Below are positions 14,867 to 25,291 of a stretch of DNA of 64,000 bases, piece by piece. The notes below the pieces were generated by a model. The model was not told where the DNA came from. It did not search any database and worked only from the letters and a program-made list of their open reading frames with translations. The DNA is taken from assembly GCA_010015585.1 (NCBI GenBank), contig ML975151.1, one strand, 5' to 3'. How positions within the stretch are numbered: the first letter of the stretch is position 1; every line of letters begins with the position of its first letter. The stretch is from Eremomyces bilateralis CBS 781.70. Lineage: Eukaryota. The position numbers and the translations under genes were made by a program.

Positions 14867-16196
14867 CTTTGACCCGGCTTTTCGGTGCACGCAGGAGCGG
14901 CGTCCAGGGATACGGGAGCGACAGGCTGTCCACCAGGCACAACGGCCTAACAAAGCTTGAATTCGATCATGTAGTAAACTTAGCATGCAAGTATTCCGTA
15001 AAAAGCAAACGAAAATTGCAGCCCCACACGACTTCTGTCAGTTCCGATATCCGTGAGTCCATCACGTTAGACACGGAGCGAGAGAGATATTCATACGCCC
15101 GTCAGGCCTCTCTGAGAGGCCCATGTGGGGAACTACCTAGTTAGACACGGAGCCTTGTGGTGTCCCAGTGCAGCATCCCTGTTCCCAGAATCCCAGCTTC
15201 ACATTTCACGTGCTCATGCCAGCCATCGAATCTGATATGTATTCCCAACTTGTGCCTCCATTTCCCATACCCAACTCATTACATAATTAGATCTTTTCCG
15301 TTTCTTAGTATGTTATCGCTTTTACCTATAAATACCGTAATTCGTACTTCTTTTCACCTCAATGGCATTATAGCCACACCTAACCATGGTGTTGGGTGAA
15401 CCCGGTGAACATCGAGATCCTACTTTTCAGGCGCTTGTCAGTATATCGACGCGTCAACCCATCAATATCGTAGGTCATTTAGAACACTACGAGCACTGTC
15501 CCATTACTATGGAATGGAGCGTGGTCCAACGGTCGGCTTCCCCGCTTGAAAGAATACTGCTGACCGTATCGACTCCTGCACTCCTGGGATATTGCCTCGA
15601 TTCCTTTCCTGCTATAACACCATAGGCCAGCCATACTCATATACGAACTAGACATCCCTCAGATTCGTGGACGTCTAGTTCCAAGAGGATGTATCACGAA
15701 GAGTAAAAGAACCCACTTTCATGCATACTAGAACCGTTCCAGATAGTATGGAACTGCCTGAATGGCACCTTTCGAACTATCGCCGTAGGCTTCATACGAT
15801 GGCCTCCAGGCTCGCATGGAAGAGTGGGATTCTTCCACTTGAGAATCAAATGCGAAAGCAGTCAATCGGGTCGCTGCTGACTGTGTGACATGCCGCTTTT
15901 GACCTGTTTACGGTCTGTATGGAGTGCTTCTATTTCGAAAACATCCCGGTATTCCATGCGTTGGTGTTGATCGTCACGTCTGATGAACGTCTGTTATAGC
16001 CTGAAACCGACTCTTCTCCGTTGTGTTCAACTTTCGTCACTCTTTCTCGCTGAAGTACGCTCGTTTGAACCAAACTATCTCTAGACGCTCGCTCAAAAAC
16101 TCGGTAAAACACTTTCGTTTTTTCTCGACGCATCTATCGTTACTTTATATCTTTTTGATTCACTGACAGAACCATTATTTGACGCGCTAAACGAGG

Positions 16197-17066
16197 ATGC
16201 GCCATTCTCCATGGATACTCATGGCCGGTGCAGCAGCGCAGTATATGGACTTCTCATTTTGCAAATGAAAATCGGGCTAACCCAACCTAGCCACCTCAGC
16301 AGAAATTGTAACTATGACGATTACCGTTGACGTGTACCCTTCATTCTGTACCGCACTGACGGCTGTGACGGATACTTCCACTGCGGTTGTACTTATCCTG
16401 AATCGGGATGCCACCACACGACTGCGACTCCGACCTCGCCTTCTCCTACGTCAGGGGAGACTACCGTCTACACTACGGCATATCTTACGGTCTGCTCTAC
16501 CGGCACCTTCCCTGTGATGTACACAATTACCGAGAGTTATGCAGCTAGCCCGACGTGCCACCTGTTTTCTGCTTCGACCCACATACCACTACAGTGACTG
16601 TCTGCACTGCCTGCGGACCGACACTGACGACTCTGACGCTCACCATCCCTTGCTCGACCACGTCTGACGGGGATCCGACTAGCTGCGCGACTTCCCAACT
16701 ACAACAATGTGTCCCCCAGAACCGTCCCCTTCGGACTCCAATAACGGTGGGGGCACGCGTACGACGACCACTTGTCCTAGCCCCCAGTGCTCTCAGACAA
16801 CGTCCATTTGCCGTGGTCCACATTGCTCTCATACCAGGACAAATTGCATCGGCCCACATTGCACGCATATAGTGATAGCCTGCCCTGACCCCAAGTGCAC
16901 TCACGAGTGCCATGGACCCCATTGCGCTACCAGAGCAGGCTTGACTTACCCTCTTAGGCCAACTTACACTGGTGCTGCTGCGGTGATGTCGATTGAATAG
17001 CAAGCTGTGGGCGTGTTTGGCGGCACTGTTGCTGGTGGGGCCGCTTTCTTACTCTACGGCTTATGA
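16197..17066 (+). pseudogene. Cys/Thr-rich, probably GPI-anchored cell-wall protein pseudogene
   Basis: Signal-like start. Fungal Thr/Cys motif TVYTTAYLTVC..YTITE..VPP..TTTVTVCTACGP..LTLTIP is split over three frames. CxxPxC repeats follow. In-frame TAG (16998-17000) precedes a hydrophobic tail QAVGVFGGTVAGGAAFLLYGL*. Confidence 0.7.
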
Positions 17067-17595
17067 TAATAATGGAGTTCATTGGGTGAGTAGCTACTAT
17101 ATGGCCCGGCTACAACAGATTAGCTAATAGTGTTAGATTTTTTGGGATTATGACGTTGCAACATTGCATCCATGGTAAAGCAATATGCTCCTATAACGCA
17201 GAAATTGACAGTTCAGTATGCATTAAAGATGATTCTAATATCTCAACATGCATCTTGGGCTTGCTCCCATCCAGCCAACGCAGCTCGTGGAAACCGACCA
17301 TTGGCTTTGTTCATATTGACAACGCCTCCATTGTTGACATGCAGACAATGGCCCTTTACAAATGTGCCATTGTGCAGTCCATTGTCTCGATAAAGAATCG
17401 GCCTTTGATCGAACATTGTTCGCCACAGTGTAAAGACAACAAAAAGTCTATATATTTGCTCTGGTTGCCTACAGTTTCATCCGTCCCTCAAACTCACAAT
17501 CATAAAAATTGACATAGGTCTGACGATCAACATTGTCGCTGGCGATATTACTTACATCCAGTCACTAACAGGAAACTCCCCGTCGCATATTCACC

Positions 17596-18825
17596 ATGAG
17601 GGACACGCTCCGACCGTCGAACCCAGAAGGGAGCAAATCTAAGAGGTCGCGGATCCCTCCGATCCTCACTCCAGAACAACGAGAGGCGGCTAGGATTTCT
17701 GCTCGAGACGCTGGCATCGCTGCTTCCCAAGCTCGCGCTCTGGGATCCATAGATGGTCGTGCAGCTGCGACTCAAACCATCGGATTCAACAGGCCGGCAG
17801 GAAGCGCTCCCGGAACCCCTCGAACCCCCAGGACTCCGATTCAAGAACGGAGGAGGACCGGGGTCAATGCGCATCTGGGGGACAATCGAAGTCGCTACAG
17901 CAGTCGCCACGAGCCTAGTCGACACGAGCTCGAGGATTCGCGCCCCAGTTGGAATAGCAGTCACCATGAGCCCAGTCGACACGACTGCGCGGATTCGCGC
18001 TCCAGTCAGAATAGCAGTCGCCATGAGCTTAGTCGACACAACAGGATGGATTCGCGCCGGCGCCCCAACCCATTCGCGAATAGCTCAGCGGCTGTTCGAG
18101 GATTGTACGGATCACGGTCTTCGTCTCTTTCCTCCCGTCGATCAACCCAAGCTAATGATCACAGTCTCTCGCGTACCGCGTCCGGTAGTTCCAATCACTC
18201 CGCCCGCTCCGCTGCATCGGGAGTTATCAACTCCACCAAGGGTGCAATCGGCAAGGCGAAGGACTGGAAAGAGAGGCGCAAGGCTATGGAAGAGGAGAGG
18301 CGCCGCGCGAAGCTGAAGGCGAAGATTGGAAAGCCGACCCCGGTTGAGAATGTAAATGACCCATCTAACTACGTTGTTTACAACCCACCTTACAAGCACC
18401 AGGACAAGCCTATCTCCTATCCGCTTCCTCCCATCCAGACAAATGAGGACAACCCCGTCCACAAGCCTTTGGTAATTGGAGACAACAGCCGTATGACAAC
18501 CATCGAAGACTTCATGTTCCTGCCCAGCATCACATACGCCCCTCCTCGCACCCCCCAGGTCGAGGATTCCATGCCAGTCGCGTTTCCGGATACATATCTT
18601 CCCAGTGCTTCCGAATTTGCGGCCGAGCGGGAACGCCTGGTGGCTCTGCAAAGGGTCCAAGATTATCAACAGCTAGCCGATTCTAGCTGCCACGCGGAGG
18701 AGCCTGTTTCACCTTTTACGACTGAGCCATACGGCCCATGTGGTTATACCAGTGGGTACGGAGGCTACCCCGGAGAGGAGGAACAGAACGAGCCTTACGA
18801 GCCTCCACGATCCAAGTGGATTTGA
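17596..18825 (+). CDS. Hypothetical 409-aa disordered S/R-rich protein
   Basis: Long uninterrupted ORF with a basic coiled segment (KDWKERRKAMEEERRRAKLKAKIG); no recognised domain. Confidence 0.7.
   Translation: MRDTLRPSNPEGSKSKRSRIPPILTPEQREAARISARDAGIAASQARALGSIDGRAAATQTIGFNRPAGSAPGTPRTPRTPIQERRRTGVNAHLGDNRSRYSSRHEPSRHELEDSRPSWNSSHHEPSRHDCADSRSSQNSSRHELSRHNRMDSRRRPNPFANSSAAVRGLYGSRSSSLSSRRSTQANDHSLSRTASGSSNHSARSAASGVINSTKGAIGKAKDWKERRKAMEEERRRAKLKAKIGKPTPVENVNDPSNYVVYNPPYKHQDKPISYPLPPIQTNEDNPVHKPLVIGDNSRMTTIEDFMFLPSITYAPPRTPQVEDSMPVAFPDTYLPSASEFAAERERLVALQRVQDYQQLADSSCHAEEPVSPFTTEPYGPCGYTSGYGGYPGEEEQNEPYEPPRSKWI
17899..18057 (+). repeat. 57-bp (19-aa) coding tandem repeat, about 3 copies
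   Basis: SSRHEPSRHELEDSRPSWN / SSHHEPSRHDCADSRSSQN / SSRHELSRHNRMDSR. Confidence 0.85.
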
Positions 18826-19877
18826 AAGCAAAGACATTAGAATGAGCTTGCTGAGCTCGATTGCCACCCACAGTAGTACAGAGTGAGTTCTTTGTCATAC
18901 TGACCTTCTCTTAATATCTCCATATATTTCCTTTGTTCGCGAACTTGGCGTTACTTGACAATTTCGGGTCTGCTTTATATACAACTTTCATTCTCTCTAT
19001 CTTATTCTGACATGCCTATGATCCTGGTTTTCCTTCAATGTGCCCACTTACTTTCCGACGTATCTAAGTTAGCTCTCATATGTTTTTCAGAAAAGTACCA
19101 CTGCTATATAACGGGACACCGGATAGCATAGCTTGATCTAACGGCTTACTGGTTCGCATATCGGTAGGTGGTTGGAATACACACAAATGGCGGACAACAC
19201 ACTGTCGTGCTGTGCATGCACCCTACAATACCCCTATTGTGAGTACAAATGATACAGGTATTACCTCCTTCCGTTTTGATTCCACCCTGTGTCCTCTTAT
19301 ATTCTTAAATAAAATATATCACTTTCATTGAGACTACATAGCTTGGAAAGATCACATTTCTGCTATGTCATTCTTCAGACCTTTCTGGATGTCCCAGTCA
19401 GCTTCGATGTTCGTGTTCCGACGAGGCCTTCACCTCAGCTTCTTCGGCCCCTCGCTCCCGTCGTCCAAGAAGAAAGTGGATCTCATGGCGCCAACAGACT
19501 CCTCTCTACGAAACGGTGACTCGATCGAGATTCTATCGTATGGCGCATTCAAAAGGGGTGAGTTTCGCACCGCACCGGCGCCCGTACTCGCTTTTCTCAT
19601 CGCTCGGGTATGACGACTACAACGTCTTCGAAAATACGTATAAGGGGTCTACGACTTCGTTGCTTTTCCCGTGTCGTATATTGGATGTGTGATCTGGGTA
19701 GGTGTCAGATTCGGTCGCTGGAAGCGATTGTTCCTGGCTGCGGCATTCAATTTGGAACCCGGCAAGCGATCTCCGGAGCTAGCATGATGAGCAATTGGGG
19801 CTTGTATTCCCTACCAGCTCCATGTGTGGATATAGTGCAGGACAAGTACGCTCAATAATAGCTACACACACCTATCT

Positions 19878-21693
19878 TTACAACTTTGACTTGGGACCCT
19901 CCTTTGCAAGCTGTTCTTTCAATATCCTCCTCAAGATTTTGCCTGACGCACTCTTCGGGATTTCCTCAACAAATCTGACGCCTCCTCGAAGCCGCTTATG
20001 TGGAGCAACTTTGCCTTCCAACCACTTGACGATCTTCTGCTCCGTGTCTTTGCTCGGTTCCACTCCCGCCGCGGGAACGACGAACGCAATGGGGAGCTCG
20101 GTGGCTTGTGAAGCATCGTATACTCCAATCACACCAGCATCTTGGATCATATCGTTCGATGTTAAGGTACCTTCGAGTTCTGCCGGCGCAACCTGGAAGC
20201 CTTTGTACTTGATGAGCTCCTTGACACGGTCGGTGATGTAGAAGTTGCCTTCGTCGTCTACGTATCCGACGTCGCCGGTTTTGAAGTAGCCATCAGCAGC
20301 GATGGCCTCGGCGGTAAGCTCCGGCTTATTGAGGTAGCCTTTGAAGATGTTTGGTCCTTTGATCCACAACTCGCCAGGAGTACCGGCAGGGACCTCCTTG
20401 GTTCCTGTCTCGTCCATGTACTTGGCGGTTTGATTCGGAAGTAGTCGACCGACGGAGCCCAATTTGCGATTCCAATCTTCCCATGGCTAAAATGAAAGTC
20501 AGACGGCACACAGAGTGATAGAAGCTTTCCAAATTTACCTGTGTATGAGTGGTCGGGCTCGTTTCGCTAAGGCCGTAACCTTGCTTGATCGGGACTTTCA
20601 GTCTCTTATAGACAGCATCGACAATATCATGGGTCAGCGGGGCAGCCCCCGAGTTGATCATTCTGATGCTGCTCAAATCGTATTTATCGACGATCGGATG
20701 CTTGCTCAGCGCCAGAACGATAGGCGGGACCATATATACGAAAGAGATCTTGTACTCCTGAACGATTTGGCAGAACCTTTCCAACTCAAACTTCTCCATC
20801 ACGACCAGGGTGATCCCTGAGTACATCGACTGGTGAATCAAACAGGTGAGACCTAGCGAAACATTAGTTGGACGACTACGAACTCCCCAAACTTAGGACC
20901 GTACCATAGATATGGAAGAAAGGCAGGAAAGCAAGAATTTTGTCGCCTTGGCCATCGGGACCACCGGAAGTTTTGAGATTCCCACTCTCTCCAGCTTTGA
21001 TCATCAAAATGTTCGAAACGATGTTGGTGTGGGTGAGCATAACCCCCTTCGGGTAGCCCATGGTGCCCGACGAATAAACCAAGAACGCAAGGTCCTTATC
21101 AGCCTGGATCTTCGTCTTGCGGTACCTCGTGGCGCGGCTTATGTTCCGGACACTTGTGAAGTGTTTCGTTCGTCCAGAATCTCTTGCGTCTCCCATCAGG
21201 ATGACCATGTCTTCGGGTATACCGGCCTTCTTCGCGGCTGCTTTGGCATTCTCGATGAATGGAAGCTGGGTTACAAGAGCCCTCGCTCCGGAGTCCTTGA
21301 GCTGGAACGCAAGCTCATCCACGGTATAGGCTGGGTTGGCTGGGGATAGTACGCCCCCAGCCCAATGGCATCCCCACATAATGGCCGGCGTATCGATGCA
21401 ATTCGGTGTATACAATGCGAGGACATCACCCTTCTCCCAGTCCCAGAGCGCTTTCAGGCCCATACCGAACTCCTTGGCCGCATCTTTGCATTGGGCATAT
21501 GTATATCCTCGCTTCGTGGAAGGATCGATATACAGCACTGTGAATTACATGTAAGTCTCTGCGACTCGCAAACGTAAACCAGCCTCTGCCTACATTTGTC
21601 GTCTCCGTACGGTTTCTCTTTCCTTTCGAACAGAAACGTCCAGAGATCTGAGGTTGGGACCTCGAATGGAGGGTATGAGGATTCCACGGGCAT
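19878..21693 (-). CDS. 4-coumarate/phenylacetyl-CoA ligase-like adenylating enzyme with PTS1 (SKL)
   Basis: YSSGTMGYPKG, LPFFHIYG, QGYGLSETSP, YFKTGDVG, DRVKELIKYKGFQVAPAELE, PKSASGKILRR; C-terminal SKL; 3 introns. Confidence 0.93.
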
Positions 21694-21874
21694 ATTGGCG
21701 GTCCTAGCTATGCGATCGATGCGTAATCAAAGCGAGAGTATTCTTGTTGAAACGGAATTCGTAACGTTCAACATTTGAATCGTGTAGAAGGAAATGTTCC
21801 CAACAGTGCTCCAATAATGTTCCAACAATGGTAGAGTCGCACCGAAGACGAAGTGATGCCTCCGAGTTTCCCCG

Positions 21875-22097
21875 CCGAGGCATGTTCCGTATACAGTTAG
21901 TCAACTCGAAACATAATAAATTATTAAAGGGTCTGGCGGGGTTCAGAGTTTTATCTCATATCTGCCATAGGCTGTTTAAGCTTTAAAGTTGCTTAGTCCA
22001 TCACTCGTCCACTCGGGAGTCTGGAGTCGCCCGCCAGTCGGGACTTGCGCCGACTGATCCGACCCGGTCACCTCGCCAAAGGACCAATCTACCGAGG
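21875..22097. promoter_or_regulatory. Two CCGAGG (CCTCGG) FarA/FarB-type sites in a bidirectional promoter
   Basis: CCGAGG at 21875-21880 and 22092-22097; CCAAT at 22084. Confidence 0.5.
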
Positions 22098-22320
22098 CTC
22101 TGACGCTCCGATTCAACTCCGAGACCCTTTTCCCCTGAGGTTCTCCACAACAATCGGCTTCGCGATCGGATCAAGTATGCGACTCTGGGGAAGGGACATT
22201 TTTTAATTACATGTAAATCCGGGGTATCTGCGAAGCCGTGAGCTTATGTTGGCTTGGTTGATTCTCCGCTATCTATCATTATTATATTGATCTCGCTGGC
22301 ATTGCCCGCTTATCAAAACC

Positions 22321-23347
22321 ATGGTGGAACTTGCATTATCATCCTTTGCCGAAGGCATCGCAGTGACACCCATTGGCTCTCATGAATATGAAGCGAACCT
22401 CTCAGAGGATTGGTGCATTGGTTCAGGTATAGCACTTCTGGTTATACTGGTCGATGGTGTACTGACCTCTCTGAATAGTTCCCCATGGAGGGTACGTCAC
22501 ATCCGTTATCCTGGCCGCCGTTTCGAAACATTTCGCCACCACCCTCGCCAAGCAAAATCAACCGCATAGCATTACTCTCCATCTCGAGTTCATGAAAAGA
22601 ACACAGGCCGGCCCGGCAACGGTGGTTGTTAAAGACGCCAAGCTTGGACGACAGACCACCACCATTCACGTCACTCTATCCCAGGGCGGCAAAGAGGAAA
22701 TCGTGGGTTATATTACGCAGAGCAATATCCACAAAGAAGATGGGCCATCGTTCGAAACTGGGTGGGCCATGACGCCGGATGTCGCGCCGAAACCGGCGAG
22801 CCTTCAGGCACTGAGAGACGGACACGAGGATCCCGTATGGGCCGAACAAGCCACGATGCCGTTCATCGAATTCCGAAAAGCAGCACATCAAGCCCGATTC
22901 TTCTTCCCCAAAACGAGGGTTCTCAGAAATGTTACCGATCAGTGGATTTGCTTCCGGAATGGAGAGAAGTTCACACAGGACTCCCTCGGCTACGTGTGCG
23001 ACATGTTTCCTCAGATGGTGGAAACCCTACGAGCCAAGAATGATCCGTATGGACTAAAGGAGAAAGCCGCCCAAGAACAGTCGGGTGAGAAACCGATCGC
23101 CAAATTCTGGTATCCCACCGTGCTCTTGAACCTTGACGTCAAGAAGGCGTTACCAGAAGAGGGTGTAGACTGGCTGTTCTGCCGCATTCACAGCAAACAA
23201 GTCAAAAACGGGAGAATGGATTTGGACATATTAATTCTCGACGAGCAAGGAGATCTGGTTGCCTTGAGTCACCACGTTGCGCTTATCCTCGACGTATCAA
23301 GGAATTTGGTTCGACAGACGCCGAGTGCGACGAGCGCAAAGATGTGA
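22321..23347 (+). CDS. Double-hotdog acyl-CoA thioesterase-like protein with PTS1-like AKM end
   Basis: DWCIGS|VPHGGYV, LHLEFMKRT, KLGRQTTTIHVTL, WYPTVLLNLDVKKALP, GRMDLDILILD..LVALSHH; intron at about 22427-22478. Confidence 0.87.
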
Positions 23348-23765
23348 GAGTGGAAAGTAACCTGTCCGCGATCGAGCTTTATGCAAATGTGTCTTTGTCC
23401 TCATTAAACCAATCCTTTTACAATAGACTCAAGAGATAAGAAATAGACTCTGTCGATTATATTTTAGCATTCCCACAAAAATCGCCAGACTTCTTCGAAC
23501 CAGTCCGATTTCGCTCTCGCTCGAGGCGACGTTTGACGACCAGCTGATCATAGGCAAGGTTGGGCTAGGTTGGGCAAGATAGGTTCACAGCTGCAATCGT
23601 AAGGCGAAGGATACCTACAGAAATCCAAAAGTCAGTTACGGGCCTGGTGAATGGCATAGAAACTTTGCATTAAATAATTTCCCACTGATCATCCTCCAAA
23701 CTCGATCCTGCGTACAGAGCAGCGCTGCGTTGGGCCCGGATTGTGTGCAGTTCAATCTTTATAAC

Positions 23766-25118
23766 TTATCTCGCGTCCCTATCTCTGTGTTTCTTGTCAT
23801 AGCCATGACGTCTACGGTCGCGGTCGTCCCTTGACGGACTCCGATCTCGTCTCGAGGAGTGGCGTTTTCGGTCCCGAGAGTCTCTTCTTCTGGACTTTGA
23901 GTCAGGTGAGGAACTTCGGTATCGTCTCGATCGATCCGGATCCTGGTTCTTCTCCGTTCTGCGATCTCGCTCCTTGCGATCGTAGTCACGATCTCGATTC
24001 CTACCATCGCCCCTGTCCTGGTCCTTGCGATCGTAGTCGCGGTCTCTGTTCCTGCCATCAGCTCGAGCCGGCTTCGGATCTCGTTCCCCTGATCGCCTGC
24101 TTCGTCTATCGGAATCGCTATATTCCTCGACATATTTGGATCGCTTTGAGGAGCGTTCTAAAGACCGAGACTCTATATTGCGACTTTCGCCCGCTTGAAT
24201 CTTCTTCTGCTCTTCGATTTTCACTTTCAGCTCCTCTTCCGTAAGCTGCTCCCCGGTAACCCGATTCCTAAGTAGGACAGGTGTATAGACTTGTTCAACT
24301 TTCTTGCGTCCTTTCATAGGCTTTCCCCAGCTTCCTAATTCCACGCCAGCTGCAGCGTCTTCTTTGGCACCGATCCCTAATAACGCCGGGCGCCGTTCCA
24401 TAACCCTTGGTTTTTTAGGCTGTTCACCTCGGCGCTTGCCAATCGGATCACCATCTTTCCATCCCATACCGCGTAATAACGCAGCACCAAACTCTTCGAC
24501 GGGCACTGCGGCATATTCATCGAGTGTAGCCATATCCGGAGCATGATTATAGTCCCTTTGAAAAGCCTCCTCTTCCGTATCAACACCGGGCAACACCAAG
24601 GTTGATTTTGTGTTATTTCCCAATAGAGCATCCATGGCAGCCTCGTCGGCCGTCTGCACCTTTTTCGGCTCGCTCTCTTGTGATTCTCGTATCGGAACTT
24701 GAGTAGGAAGCTCGGGTTGTTCCCTGGGTGTTTGCCCAACGCTTAGGCCATACTGGAGCTTCTCAGGCTCTTCTATAATGATCTCTCCACCGTTCTGTTG
24801 CACGCCATCGGGGAGCGGACCCTTTTGCCTCTTCCGTCGGCTTTCCTCTTTCCAGTCTCTATTTCCAGGACCTCGAATAACCAGAGGACCTTTCTTTTCA
24901 TCTTGTACACGATTCACGTCGATGGCCCCGCCGGCTGCTTGGTCGAAATGAGAAACGGATTGGACGACGCCTTCCGTAGTGTCATCCTCATCGTCGGAGT
25001 CGTGGAATTTAGGGCGTCCGAGTGATGGTCGCGTGGGAGGCTTTGGAGTTTGTTTGGAGGTCGAAGAAGACGTCTTCTTCGAAAGCGACAGAGAAAACTT
25101 CGGCGCCGAAGTGGCCAT
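23766..25118 (-). CDS. SPP2: Spp2/MOS2-like G-patch pre-mRNA splicing factor
   Basis: YAAVPVEEFGAALLRGMGWK..RRPALLGIGAK G-patch; RD/RS-rich tail containing a 17-aa duplication. Confidence 0.88.
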   Translation of the reverse strand: MATSAPKFSLSLSKKTSSSTSKQTPKPPTRPSLGRPKFHDSDDEDDTTEGVVQSVSHFDQAAGGAIDVNRVQDEKKGPLVIRGPGNRDWKEESRRKRQKGPLPDGVQQNGGEIIIEEPEKLQYGLSVGQTPREQPELPTQVPIRESQESEPKKVQTADEAAMDALLGNNTKSTLVLPGVDTEEEAFQRDYNHAPDMATLDEYAAVPVEEFGAALLRGMGWKDGDPIGKRRGEQPKKPRVMERRPALLGIGAKEDAAAGVELGSWGKPMKGRKKVEQVYTPVLLRNRVTGEQLTEEELKVKIEEQKKIQAGESRNIESRSLERSSKRSKYVEEYSDSDRRSRRSGERDPKPARADGRNRDRDYDRKDQDRGDGRNRDRDYDRKERDRRTEKNQDPDRSRRYRSSSPDSKSRRRDSRDRKRHSSRRDRSPSRDDRDRRRHGYDKKHRDRDAR

Positions 25119-25220
25119 TATGAGTGCTAAGCTCACCGATGTATTCTTGTTGTCATACCGAGAATATCATGTTTGAACTTTGAATCTTTGATGACGTTCA
25201 AATCCGATGTGGAAAGCACC

Positions 25221-25253
25221 CACGTGACAATCAATACACTAGTCACGTGACAA
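25221..25253. promoter_or_regulatory. Paired CACGTGACAA E-boxes upstream of SPP2
   Basis: Identical 10-mer at 25221-25230 and 25244-25253. Confidence 0.55.
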
Positions 25254-25273
25254 GATTCCGCTTTCCAAGTTCC

Positions 25274-25291
25274 AACTAAGTTAACTTAGTT
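25274..25291. repeat. Perfect 18-bp palindrome AACTAAGTTAACTTAGTT
   Basis: Self reverse-complementary, inside a TAAC/GTTA-rich tract. Confidence 0.85.

Noticed and set aside
15945..16012. Hammerhead ribozyme (CTGATGA...GAAAC)
   Set aside because: Stems I and II cannot pair.
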